A stretch of DNA of 64,000 bases from positions 32,001 to 96,000 of the forward strand of contig JAITVV010000070.1 of the NCBI GenBank assembly GCA_031285625.1, written 5' to 3'. Position numbers and translations under genes: made by a program. The notes beneath the pieces were generated by a model that searched no databases, was not told the DNA's origin, and saw only the letters and a program-made list of their open reading frames with translations. Shown piece after piece: positions 11,118 to 21,011 of the stretch (positions are counted from its first letter, which is position 1; each line of letters starts with the position of its first letter). The stretch comes from Prevotella sp. (GTDB lineage: Bacteria > Bacteroidota > Bacteroidia > Bacteroidales > Dysgonomonadaceae).

Positions 11118-11288
11118 AGATTTTGGTTTTTATACAATGTATTTTTTAATAGATTATAGTTTATTAATTTCTAAACGCAGAGTTGAGTATATCGGATAAC
11201 TTATCTGGGCTTCATTGTATTACTTTAAATCAGGGGTAGGATTTGGGTAAAACAATTGTGAATTCCATGTATAATAGATTATGTAAAT

Positions 11289-11296
11289 CAAAAATA
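11289..11296 (-). promoter_or_regulatory. Candidate -7 element of the susC promoter
   Basis: TATTTTTG on minus strand ~170 bp upstream of susC. Confidence 0.4.
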
Positions 11297-11382
11297 AAAA
11301 CTATCTGATAGTCCTATTTCTCAATTTTATATGGTTTTTATATTTTCAAATAATTATATATAAAGTTCGTTCGTGTTTAAAA

Positions 11383-11409
11383 ATTTGAATAACAGACATT
11401 TATTCAAAT
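11383..11409. promoter_or_regulatory. Candidate operator palindrome in divergent susC/rbsK region
   Basis: ATTTGAATAA-N7-TTATTCAAAT perfect 10-bp inverted repeat (AT-rich, could be chance). Confidence 0.35.
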
Positions 11410-11673
11410 ATTATTATCATGCTTTTATATAAATCAGATAGGAAAACACAAGCTTGGAAATATGCCTAATGAGTAGATCTTTAAAAAAATTAGAATAATT
11501 TTTTGATTCAAAAAATATATGAAGGGAATCAACTTGTTAAAAAAGGGCTTTAATTTGCAACAATATTAAAAACACAAAAAATAGTATCACAGATTTTTTT
11601 AATTAAGAATATTATTCCTTATATTTAGATGTAATCCCAGATAATCTATTAGAGTTTAATAGATATTCTTATA

Positions 11674-12609
11674 ATGAAGACACGTATATCTAACAGTACT
11701 ATGAAAGCACCAAAAATTGTCGTAATCGGTAGTTCCAACACCGATATGATTGTAAAAGCAAAGCAGCTGCCTGTTCCCGGAGAAACTATTTTAGGGGAGA
11801 ATTTCATTATAAACCCCGGAGGTAAAGGTGCCAATCAGGCTATAGCTGCCAAAAGATTGGGGGGAGATATTACCTTTATAACTAAAGTGGGCAATGATCT
11901 TTTTGGGATGCAGGCGTTTGAAATTTATCGTTCAGAATATATAAATACCGGTTATGTATTTAAGGACCCGGATAATCCATCAGGTGTTGCACTTATCTCT
12001 GTAGATTCGATGGGCGAAAATTGTATAATCGTTGCCGGGGGATCAAACATGCGACTTTCACCGGAAGATATAGATAAAGCTGAAGAAGCTATTAAAGAAT
12101 GTGACTTGGTTCTGATACAACTGGAGATTCCATTGGAAACTGTGGAATACGCTGTAGATCTGGCTCATCGCCATGGTAAAAAGGTTATATTGAACCCTGC
12201 ACCTGCAACATCTTTAAGTAATGACCTATTAAAAAAGTTGTATGCCATTCTTCCTAATAGAATAGAGGCACAGATGCTTTCGGGAATCCAGGTTACAGAT
12301 GAAAAATCAGCTTATGAAGCCTCTCATGCTATAAGCAAAAAAGGAATTGATAATGTAGTGATTACACTCGGTAAAGCAGGTGCGTTTGTGAAAGAGGATG
12401 ATAACTATCGGATGATACCTGCAAAAGAAGTTGAAACAATTGATACAACCGGGGCAGGAGATGTTTTCTGTGGCGCTATCAGCGTATATTTATCTGAAGG
12501 ATATTCATTAATGGATTCTGTAGCATTTGCAAATATGGCTGCATCAATATCTGTAACCAGAATAGGTGCGCAAAGTGCGATTCCTTTCAGACGGGAAGTA
12601 TTTTTATAA
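11674..12609 (+). CDS. rbsK: Ribokinase (PfkB family), paralog 1
   Basis: GSSNTD, PGGKGANQA, LNPAPA, DTTGAGDVF; start may be 11701 (MKAPKIVV). Confidence 0.9.
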   Translation: MKTRISNSTMKAPKIVVIGSSNTDMIVKAKQLPVPGETILGENFIINPGGKGANQAIAAKRLGGDITFITKVGNDLFGMQAFEIYRSEYINTGYVFKDPDNPSGVALISVDSMGENCIIVAGGSNMRLSPEDIDKAEEAIKECDLVLIQLEIPLETVEYAVDLAHRHGKKVILNPAPATSLSNDLLKKLYAILPNRIEAQMLSGIQVTDEKSAYEASHAISKKGIDNVVITLGKAGAFVKEDDNYRMIPAKEVETIDTTGAGDVFCGAISVYLSEGYSLMDSVAFANMAASISVTRIGAQSAIPFRREVFL

Positions 12610-12613
12610 AAGT

Positions 12614-13768
12614 CTATGCTGTGGGCTTTTTTATCATAAATCCGCAAAAACATAGATATAAAGCACAAATAGCAATTATAATTACCGAACCTGTTTGGCT
12701 ACCTATCAGTCCGGTACATTTAGCCATCAAAGGAGAGGTAACTGCTCCTCCTGCAACACCAGTAAGTAATAATCCTGAAATCTCATTGTTTTTTTGCGGT
12801 TCGGTTTGTAATGCAATTGAAAAAAGAATGGAAAAGACACAAGAACATGTAAAGGCAATAATGACTACCAAGGCTATTATAGAAAAATAAGAATCAGCAA
12901 ATAGTAAACCGGTAACAGCCAATATAGCGATGATTATATTGATACGGTAATATTTTATTTCGGATACCCGGACTAACAAAAACATACCTAAAAACGATCC
13001 GAGACTTCTTGCTCCAAAATACCAACTGGTACCATACCCTGCCACCTCTTTATTTAGCCCAACTCTTTCCATCAAAATTTTAGGCGTTGCAATGTTCATT
13101 CCTACATCCAGCCCTACGATGCATAATATTCCCAGAAAGAGAAGTATGATTTTTTTATTCTTTAATAATTGCAATGATGGACCGATAGAGGTAACTTGTT
13201 CTTGAACAACTTCTTTATCAATCTGTGTGAAATAGAGCCAGACAAAAGAGATTAAAGAAATAACAGCATATACAGGGAATAATATTTCCCAAGTGCCGAA
13301 CTTTAAAGAAAAAAATCCGGCTAGCAAAGGTCCCATAAATGCTGAAAGTGCTTTTATCAACTGACCCGCTGTTAGTGTACTTGTAAGCATCTTACCCTGA
13401 ACAATATTCGATAGCAAAGGATTTAATGATACCTGCATAAAAGTATTTCCGATACCCAGCATAGCAAAGGCTATATAACATGTAACTGGTGTAAAACGGA
13501 CAAAGGGAATCACCATACCAATAAAAGTAACTACCATACTGATAAGTACAATGTTCTTACGTCCTATTTTATTCATAAATATGGCTGTTGGAATAGAAAA
13601 AATCAGGAACCAGAAGAAAACCATGGTTGGTAAAAATCCGGCCTGTGTCTCTGTCCAATCAAACTGTACTTTTGCATACGTAACCGATATTCCAATGATG
13701 TCGGCAAAGCCCATTACAAAAAAGCCAAAAAGCAACGGTATAAGTTTTACAGTAGTCTTGCTATCCAT
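12614..13768 (-). CDS. MFS sugar permease (FucP/GluP-like)
   Basis: ~12 hydrophobic segments; MNKIGRK MFS loop, GNTFMQVSLNPL. Confidence 0.85.
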   Translation of the reverse strand: MDSKTTVKLIPLLFGFFVMGFADIIGISVTYAKVQFDWTETQAGFLPTMVFFWFLIFSIPTAIFMNKIGRKNIVLISMVVTFIGMVIPFVRFTPVTCYIAFAMLGIGNTFMQVSLNPLLSNIVQGKMLTSTLTAGQLIKALSAFMGPLLAGFFSLKFGTWEILFPVYAVISLISFVWLYFTQIDKEVVQEQVTSIGPSLQLLKNKKIILLFLGILCIVGLDVGMNIATPKILMERVGLNKEVAGYGTSWYFGARSLGSFLGMFLLVRVSEIKYYRINIIIAILAVTGLLFADSYFSIIALVVIIAFTCSCVFSILFSIALQTEPQKNNEISGLLLTGVAGGAVTSPLMAKCTGLIGSQTGSVIIIAICALYLCFCGFMIKKPTA

Positions 13769-13782
13769 TATAATTAAAGGTA

Positions 13783-14487
13783 TTATTTCCGTTTTTTTCT
13801 ATATATGCACATCTCCAATTCGCAAAGCTGACATCCATATGCAGTATATTTTACATTTTTTCCACAACCAATGACTCCACTGATCGACTTCGATGGAATC
13901 ATTAACGATGATGGTGTTAATTTTACACCGCAAGGATTGTCTGGAAGCATAGAAAATACCTTAGCTTGTTCGTTTGTATTCCAATTACAATAACCCGGGC
14001 TATAGCGATTTGTTATGTTCATTCCTCTTGTTTTCATTTCTTCAGAAATATGTTCCTGTATGATATCCATTGCTTTTTCTACAATAATATTTCCGAGTAT
14101 ATCTACGAAGTAAGCTTTAACAAGTTCATTGGTGTTGATATATTCCTTATACTGTTGGGTAATGCCATGGCCCGATGTACAGACGAAAACAATAAGTTGT
14201 TCCGCATTTCTTAATTGACGGGCAATTTTACTTCCACAATTAAATTCTAAGCTATCCGCAGAAAATTCTTTTTTTCCGATGGATACTGTATCTAAGATTC
14301 TGTACAGAGCACTGGCTTTTGAAATGTTTTTCCCGATAGAAATTACTTCTTCCATTTCGGAAAGGAATGGTTCATAAGAAGGCACGGAAGCGTCTGACGT
14401 CTCAAAAAAATCTTCGGGATTTATTTGAAGGCGTTCATATGAAATCTCACTTTCATAAATTTCTATGCTACTAATGTTTCCAGCCAT
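13783..14487 (-). CDS. Stand-alone B12-dependent methionine synthase activation (reactivation) domain protein
   Basis: FVCTSG, RYSPGYCNW, GVKLT.S.LM.PSKSISGVIG and C-terminal CxxC...C; overlaps the corrinoid gene stop by 25 bp. Confidence 0.85.
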   Translation of the reverse strand: MAGNISSIEIYESEISYERLQINPEDFFETSDASVPSYEPFLSEMEEVISIGKNISKASALYRILDTVSIGKKEFSADSLEFNCGSKIARQLRNAEQLIVFVCTSGHGITQQYKEYINTNELVKAYFVDILGNIIVEKAMDIIQEHISEEMKTRGMNITNRYSPGYCNWNTNEQAKVFSMLPDNPCGVKLTPSSLMIPSKSISGVIGCGKNVKYTAYGCQLCELEMCIYRKKRK

Positions 14488-15134
14488 TTTACAGATTCTT
14501 GCGGATCACGGCCAAAGCCATCTGCCCCGATCGAGGATGCATATTCGGCGCTTACGGGAGCTCCTCCTACTATGACTTTTGTTTGAGGTGATATTTCTTT
14601 GATTTTCTGAATAGCAGGGCCCATATTACTCATAGTGGTTGTTAACAGAGCAGAGATTCCAATAACGGCATCAGGATATTTTTGCAGTGTATCAATAAAC
14701 TTCTCACTGGAAACATCTACACCAAGGTCGATAACTTCCCATCCTGCACCCTCAATCATCATTCCGCATAAGTTTTTACCAATGTCGTGAAGGTCTCCCA
14801 GGATTGTCCCTAGAATGAAAGTTCCTTTACGCTTCACCTCTCCTGATACGAAATAAGGTTTAAGATGTGCCATAGAGGCATTCATCGCTCTTGCAGATAT
14901 TAGCATCTGAGGAACGAAAATTTTATTCTCAGTGAAACGTTGTCCTACAATATCCATTCCCGGCACTAAGGCCTCATTCATAATATCAGACGGACTGATT
15001 CCTGTATCTAAAGCCTCTTTTGTCAGTTCGTCGGCACCAGGCATCCCTTTCATTTCGGGAGGAAAAGGAGTTGCTGCATTGATCTTTCCGGCTACAATGC
15101 AACTTTTCAATTGGTTTAATATTTCATTATTCAT
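14463..15134 (-). CDS. Corrinoid (cobalamin-binding) protein, MtaC/MttC-like
   Basis: Cap domain FVPQML; GDLHDIGKN (DxHxxG), SALLTTTM, GGAPV B12-binding motifs. Confidence 0.93.
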   Translation of the reverse strand: MNNEILNQLKSCIVAGKINAATPFPPEMKGMPGADELTKEALDTGISPSDIMNEALVPGMDIVGQRFTENKIFVPQMLISARAMNASMAHLKPYFVSGEVKRKGTFILGTILGDLHDIGKNLCGMMIEGAGWEVIDLGVDVSSEKFIDTLQKYPDAVIGISALLTTTMSNMGPAIQKIKEISPQTKVIVGGAPVSAEYASSIGADGFGRDPQESVKWLETLVA

Positions 15135-15156
15135 ATCATTCTGTTTTTGTTAGTTC

Positions 15157-16218
15157 TTATTGTCTTTCTCTTCTTCTTATTTCTTTTACAGCATCGGTCA
15201 TTGCTTTAAAACCTTCAATACTCATATAGTCAGGAATCGAATTGCCGGATCCCAACCCATATCCATTTGCGTTTTTCCTGAAGCGTACACCGTCCTCTAA
15301 TACTTTCTCGAAAACAACATCATAAGGATTAAGAATCAGGTAATTCATATCGAATCCACCAAAGAGGCCTATTTGATCAGAATATTTTTCAATCCATGTA
15401 TCAAAAGGACAAATCTGATCTTCATTAGAATGTTTGGCATCGATACCAAGTGCAAGGATATCGGGCATAATTTCGAAAATATTACCACAACAATGCAGGA
15501 GAAACTTTTTATTCACACTGTGGGCAACATCAACTACCCGTTTGTGTTGGGGCAGAACGAACTTCCTGAATGTATCAGGTTCGAGCATAGTAGCAGTTTT
15601 ATGCCCCATATCGTCACCCATTCTGTAAAAGACAAAAATGTCATCATACTCTTTTACCATCTTAGACCATAGTTCAACAAACAAATCTCCGATCCGAATA
15701 AAAAGATCGGCAAATAAGTCCGGATCGATATATTGCATTACACATAAATTCTCGTACCCTACCAGATCCTGTGATGTTTCAAATATACCATAACCACAAC
15801 CACCGTACGCTTTCATCCCTTTTGGCATAACTTTTCGTATAGCCTCTAAACGGGGAGTGTATGTCTCCCAGAATATGCGGGGGATATCTCCGAATGGATA
15901 CTTATTGAAATCGTCGCGCGTTTGAATAGGTCCAAGCATTCCACCCAGAATAGCTCCATGCCCCGGTAAAATCTCGCATATAGCTGCTTCATAGCTGAAA
16001 GCATCATATCCGTGATCTTTCCAAAAACCGATATATTTCCTGAAATAATCTTCAAGTTCAGAAGAGTTATTTGAACTGATTTCTATTTTTTCACCTAAGT
16101 ATTTTGAAACAAAGGGAGCATCAATGTTGTGTTCGTACAATGGCAGATAATCTGGTCTTTGGTTGTACATCACTTTCAGTATATTTGTATAGTCCGGCTG
16201 GAATTTTTGCTGACTCAT
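15157..16218 (-). CDS. Uroporphyrinogen decarboxylase-fold (URO-D/MtaA superfamily) protein
   Basis: GDDMG, LHCCGN, GLFGGFD, GSGNSIP motifs. Confidence 0.82.
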   Translation of the reverse strand: MSQQKFQPDYTNILKVMYNQRPDYLPLYEHNIDAPFVSKYLGEKIEISSNNSSELEDYFRKYIGFWKDHGYDAFSYEAAICEILPGHGAILGGMLGPIQTRDDFNKYPFGDIPRIFWETYTPRLEAIRKVMPKGMKAYGGCGYGIFETSQDLVGYENLCVMQYIDPDLFADLFIRIGDLFVELWSKMVKEYDDIFVFYRMGDDMGHKTATMLEPDTFRKFVLPQHKRVVDVAHSVNKKFLLHCCGNIFEIMPDILALGIDAKHSNEDQICPFDTWIEKYSDQIGLFGGFDMNYLILNPYDVVFEKVLEDGVRFRKNANGYGLGSGNSIPDYMSIEGFKAMTDAVKEIRRRERQ

Positions 16219-16269
16219 TATGATAAAATATTAGTGTATTAATTAAGGTCACAGACCTATTTATTACTT

Positions 16270-17274
16270 TTACCTACTATGTGATTGGTTGTACTTCTTC
16301 ACTGCATCAAAAAAAGCCAAAATATTTTCTTCAGGAATAAAAGGTGGAATGTCACACCCCGATGAAATAACAAAGTTTTTGTATAAGGATGTTTTCTCCA
16401 GTAATTCACTTGTGATACTTTGTACCTGCTCTCTGGAACCTTGTTTGAAAGTTACTACCGGGTCGATATTACCCATAACCAAAATATCGGAAGGACATTC
16501 TTTCAGCACCTGTAATATGTCTATTTTATTACCAAAATGAAGTGCCTTCGCTCCACTTTTTATCATAGCATCCGTACATTGGCCTGTATTTCCGCAATTA
16601 TGCAGAATAACCATGAAGTCTTCGTCTTGTACCGCTTCTACGATTTTTTTTACAAATTCGGTGGAATAAGCCTGACAATCGTCATTTTGTAAAAGACCGG
16701 CTGCCGGTTCGGCTATTATTACCCCTGCTGTACCTGTATCTTTCAGTGTCTGGCAATATTGAATAAGGAAAGATGTGCATTTTTCCAAAAGTAACAGTAT
16801 TGTTTCAGGTTCGAGATAAATTGCCATCATTATTTCCGACATATCGAATAACCTTCCTGCAAGCGAGTATGGCCCTATACAGCCCGACAAAACAGGTTTG
16901 TCCTTTATGTTTTCGGCGGCTAGCTTATTTGCCGAGAGATATGCAGGGATCCTGGCTGCTGAAAGTCCGGGTACCTGAAGATTCTCTACATCATTCATAT
17001 TTGCCACTAAGCGGCCTATGACAGATGGAACGTCGTCCTCAGGAAAAATAATTTCGGCACCGAATGCCTCTGCTTCAACAGTCAGATCCATTATAACTGT
17101 ACATGCCGATGAATCATATTTCTCCGAAAGTGCTTTTATGGCTTTGTAATGTACGGTTCCATCCGTTACTGCATTCTTTACACTTTCTCCGATTATTTCC
17201 ATCCCGGGATTTGTCATTATGGGTATAGCTAACCGTGCCGTACTTTCTATTATATCATTTACGGATAATTTCAT
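16270..17274 (-). CDS. MtaA/CmuA family methylcobamide-dependent methyltransferase
   Basis: DLTVEAEAFG, GPYSLAG, EPAAGLL, Zn ligands HNCG and SSGCDIP, GNIDP. Confidence 0.88.
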   Translation of the reverse strand: MKLSVNDIIESTARLAIPIMTNPGMEIIGESVKNAVTDGTVHYKAIKALSEKYDSSACTVIMDLTVEAEAFGAEIIFPEDDVPSVIGRLVANMNDVENLQVPGLSAARIPAYLSANKLAAENIKDKPVLSGCIGPYSLAGRLFDMSEIMMAIYLEPETILLLLEKCTSFLIQYCQTLKDTGTAGVIIAEPAAGLLQNDDCQAYSTEFVKKIVEAVQDEDFMVILHNCGNTGQCTDAMIKSGAKALHFGNKIDILQVLKECPSDILVMGNIDPVVTFKQGSREQVQSITSELLEKTSLYKNFVISSGCDIPPFIPEENILAFFDAVKKYNQSHSR

Positions 17275-17310
17275 ATATAATCTATTTTATTATGGTTTCA
17301 GGTTGTTTAA

Positions 17311-17350
17311 AGAAGTTTTGCAATTTATTGCGGTTCATTGCAAAACTTCT
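17311..17350. terminator. Intergenic 14-bp perfect hairpin (terminator or mRNA stabiliser)
   Basis: AGAAGTTTTGCAAT-N12-ATTGCAAAACTTCT between co-oriented genes; only a weak U-tract on the minus strand. Confidence 0.55.
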
Positions 17351-17359
17351 TATGGTCAA

Positions 17360-19912
17360 TTAATAACTACCTGTTAACCTCTGAGGAGTATTCAAATATT
17401 TATTTACAATAGCATCTTCCCTTGCTTTAGGATTATTCATAATTGGCATAGGGATGTAATATGAATCGGTAATATCCCTTACTTTTTCTACCGATGGTTT
17501 TCCTTTGTCGAAGGTCAGGTCAAATTCAAAAGTCATTTCACCTGGTGAGTCTACACAGAAGTTAACCACCCATAAATTATTATATAACATGCCGAATAAT
17601 TCATTCACATTTTCAGGTGCATTTTGCAATTTTTTACCCATGCTATGTCCGCCAAAGTTGACTATTGGAATATCACCCGACGACCAGATACGTGTACCGT
17701 CCTGTGAGTCATATTTTACCCAGCTATCTATTACAAAGAAGTCTTTACATGAGTTCGGAATCTGGTCTTTATATAATTCGTAAGGCATACCACCATTTGT
17801 TGCAACAGGTTGCTTGCATCCTTTTGGGAAAGGGAACCTGGCATAAAATACTTCCGGTGCGATAGAAGAAATCCTGTCAAAGAAAACATTTACTTTTGCC
17901 CGTGGTATTTCCTTAAATATTTCAACTTCCCTGCGCATGCTTTTCAGTCGTGGATGTTCCATATCCTGAGAAATAATCCATGAATACGGTGTTTCCCTTA
18001 CCTTGGCTTTATTTTGGGGTTTAGCCCAATTGATTTCTGTTATATCTTCCCATTTTTTGAGCCGCTTCTCGTCTTCCCAATGCATATAAACATCACCTTG
18101 CGAGTAGCGATCCATATCATTTACATTGACTACCATAAAGTCTGCCAGTCCTTCTGTAAAGAGAGGTTCGTCCATACCTTTCCATTTCGCAGAAGTTATC
18201 CAGTTGTTCTTATCGAATGTAAGTTCAGGCAAATCAGTTTTTACTTCTGTTGCTTTTACTTCAGATGTTTCCAGCATAAAGTGGGTATATGAATTAGCAG
18301 GCATATTATTTATCCAGAACCATGCCTGAGTGCCGCCCGGAACGGCTTCGCGGCTTGTATTTAAGTTCTCATCCACTACCCAACGCCAAACATAATCGCC
18401 TTCTTTGAATAAAGGATATGTTTCATTGGTTTTTACATCTCGTACCGATTTGTAGTCCACTTCCCTGAAACCAACTACATCCAGTTTTACCCAGCCTGTA
18501 TAAGAAGCATTGGATACATTTGAAACATACAGGCCTTCGTCCATATCGGTAAATTTATTACGAACTAACTGGCCCAGTAAGTATTTACTCCTTTCCCATG
18601 GACGATAGGCAAAACTGCCTTTTTCGTTCAATTGTCCCAGGGTATATAAACTGTAAGGGTAATCAGATGTTTCGTTAGAACCATATGTATGTTCAAAATA
18701 ACGGCATAATAAACGGTTGATATCTTTCAATTCTGTTTTAGCTCCATCATTCAATGTGCCCCATAACGGCGATTTTATGGCTTTGGTATTATATACTCCA
18801 CGACGGGCCACTTGCATTTCGCGTGGCATGGATGCACCTCCAAACGCCCACCAGTCCTGCCATTCACCTTCATAGGTTTCCAATTTGTCTCCAACTTCTT
18901 TTTCGATATTCTTCATGGCTTCGCCTGCTGTTTTCATTCTAAGCACCGGCTTAAGTCCCATTTCATTCCATTTGTTGATAAATGTAAGTAGCTGAGGCAT
19001 AGGGCCATCATTATCGCATCGCCATTCGTTAGTAAATGTCAGCGTAAGGAATGGATAGTCATAACCTTTATCACGCAAATCCTTCAGCCTTTTGATACAT
19101 ACTTCGTGCGATTCACGCATCGATGCTTCGTCGGTAAGAAGTATATTTCCGTTTCGTGGCCATGTTGTTTGTGTATTGGCATATTCACGTTGCTGTAAAC
19201 GCCACTCACGTTCGGCAAAAAAGAGGTAACCTTGCCAGTATGGATATCCAGACCAAACCAATAGTTTACGGCTATCAGGCATTTTCCACCAGAATGCGCC
19301 TGGCTGCTCTACCGGAGAACCTCCCCAATGCTGATTGATTCCCATCCACACATAGTTTATATCCCTGTCCAGCAGTTTTGTTGCTGCTATGCGGGGAAAA
19401 CCATTTACATCATGTTGCATTCCCACTTTTATATCCAGCTGGGTACGTATTTCTTCAGGTATCCAGTTCAGCATCTCATCCCATTGCTCCGAACTGGCAT
19501 AAGGATGTATATGGAAAGGCATGGCATTGATACCGATCTGCTTATTTTTTATCATTTTCAGCATATCATTTCTACGCTTTTCAGTAGTCTCTACCCACCA
19601 AGAATAAAATGGGTCGAGTGCTTCAACTGTCCATACAAAACGACTTTCAGGTTTTTCGTTTTGTGACTGTAAGGCTAAATCCAAAGCTACATCTATAAAC
19701 CTTTTATGCAAGTCGATATCAACAAGCGCATGATCGGTATAACCATAGTCGGTATGTGTTACATGCACAATATCTATGTATTTAAAATCCAGAGTATCTT
19801 TTCCTTCAATGCTGCTATCGCTTTCGGCTATATTCTCAGTTTTAGTGTTACAACTGAAGAATAGAAATAGAAATAATAAGCCGCTCAGCAGTTTACTAAT
19901 AGTAGATTTCAT
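17360..19912 (-). CDS. GH38 N-terminal-domain-like glycoside hydrolase, lipoprotein
   Basis: Lipobox FFS-C; HTDYGYTD metal motif, DVNG nucleophile-like motif, FWWKMPD, DNDGP, GEWQDWW, EHTYG. Confidence 0.72.
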   Translation of the reverse strand: MKSTISKLLSGLLFLFLFFSCNTKTENIAESDSSIEGKDTLDFKYIDIVHVTHTDYGYTDHALVDIDLHKRFIDVALDLALQSQNEKPESRFVWTVEALDPFYSWWVETTEKRRNDMLKMIKNKQIGINAMPFHIHPYASSEQWDEMLNWIPEEIRTQLDIKVGMQHDVNGFPRIAATKLLDRDINYVWMGINQHWGGSPVEQPGAFWWKMPDSRKLLVWSGYPYWQGYLFFAEREWRLQQREYANTQTTWPRNGNILLTDEASMRESHEVCIKRLKDLRDKGYDYPFLTLTFTNEWRCDNDGPMPQLLTFINKWNEMGLKPVLRMKTAGEAMKNIEKEVGDKLETYEGEWQDWWAFGGASMPREMQVARRGVYNTKAIKSPLWGTLNDGAKTELKDINRLLCRYFEHTYGSNETSDYPYSLYTLGQLNEKGSFAYRPWERSKYLLGQLVRNKFTDMDEGLYVSNVSNASYTGWVKLDVVGFREVDYKSVRDVKTNETYPLFKEGDYVWRWVVDENLNTSREAVPGGTQAWFWINNMPANSYTHFMLETSEVKATEVKTDLPELTFDKNNWITSAKWKGMDEPLFTEGLADFMVVNVNDMDRYSQGDVYMHWEDEKRLKKWEDITEINWAKPQNKAKVRETPYSWIISQDMEHPRLKSMRREVEIFKEIPRAKVNVFFDRISSIAPEVFYARFPFPKGCKQPVATNGGMPYELYKDQIPNSCKDFFVIDSWVKYDSQDGTRIWSSGDIPIVNFGGHSMGKKLQNAPENVNELFGMLYNNLWVVNFCVDSPGEMTFEFDLTFDKGKPSVEKVRDITDSYYIPMPIMNNPKAREDAIVNKYLNTPQRLTGSY

Positions 19913-19955
19913 CGTATTTTAATTTAAGTTATTATTAAGCTAAAATTTTCAAAAT

Positions 19956-21011
19956 TCAGTACACGCCATATTGCTTGACAGTTTCAATAAGGCAAAGCAC
20001 ATTTTCAGTCGGAATATTATCGTGGATACTGTGATCGGTGGAAATGATATATCCGCCACCGGATGCAGCCTCATTCAGACATTCCAAAACTTCATTCTTC
20101 ACATCATCGCTGTTAGCCGATTCCATTGTCACCTTGTTGTTCACATTCCCTATCGGGGTGATTCTTCCTTTGTATGTATCTTTCACTTTCTTCAAATCCA
20201 TACCTGCAGCCCTTTCTACAGGGTGTAAGGCATTAATGCCGCAATCAGCCAGATCGTCGATCACGTCCCATATCTGTCCGTCGTTATGCATAATAAAAGG
20301 TAATCCATATGCTTTTACAGCTTGTACCAGACGTTTGAAATAAGGTATGAAAAATTCCCTGAATTGTTCGGGTGCTATCAATAATCCATTTGTCCCACCC
20401 CAATCGTCAGATATCTGTACACAATCTACACCGCCTTCTTTGACAGCCAGTTCTAAAGCCTCCAGTGCCCATTTCAGGTATGCTTCATTGATTTCGTGAA
20501 TAAGGTCAGGATCGGTAAACATGTTTATTGAAAAAGTTTCCATATCCATAATATACCATGAAAGCATTGTAAAAGGTCCTAATAAACCAAGAACAACAGC
20601 TAAATCTGATTCGTTAGCAGCCAGTACATCTTTCAAGATACGTGTCCGGTATGGTGTATCTACTTCAGGTAATTTGTAATTTTCCCAATCTTCGCGGCAT
20701 TTTACCGGGGCACCGATCTGAGCAATAATAGGCCAGCCGTTTTTCCGGTATGTTACTTCCCATTCATCCTTATAGATCTCATCCTTTTCGTGCGGAGTTT
20801 CTTCTATTCCACAAAAACCGTTTATAGGAGTCCATATAGTATCGATACCCAATTTTGCAGCCAGTTCTACCTGAGCTTTTCCATCATACAATATGGTATT
20901 ATATCCCAATAATTCTTTTTGTAGTTTCAGGCTAAATAAATGTTCGTGAATAGGAACCCTGTCTGGTGTTCCCCCGGTGAGGGCAGTTAAAAATCTTTCA
21001 CGTGATGTCAT
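19956..21011 (-). CDS. URO-D-fold protein
   Basis: MTSRERF...PDRVP N-terminus (likely start 21011), DEWEV, SDDWG, MHNDG, GNVN, STDHSI. Confidence 0.85.
   Translation of the reverse strand: MTSRERFLTALTGGTPDRVPIHEHLFSLKLQKELLGYNTILYDGKAQVELAAKLGIDTIWTPINGFCGIEETPHEKDEIYKDEWEVTYRKNGWPIIAQIGAPVKCREDWENYKLPEVDTPYRTRILKDVLAANESDLAVVLGLLGPFTMLSWYIMDMETFSINMFTDPDLIHEINEAYLKWALEALELAVKEGGVDCVQISDDWGGTNGLLIAPEQFREFFIPYFKRLVQAVKAYGLPFIMHNDGQIWDVIDDLADCGINALHPVERAAGMDLKKVKDTYKGRITPIGNVNNKVTMESANSDDVKNEVLECLNEAASGGGYIISTDHSIHDNIPTENVLCLIETVKQYGVY

Noticed and set aside
15157-21011. Heme biosynthesis (hemE) or methanogenesis genes
   Set aside because: No other hem, mcr or Wood-Ljungdahl genes; motifs and context fit corrinoid methyltransferase-associated URO-D-fold proteins
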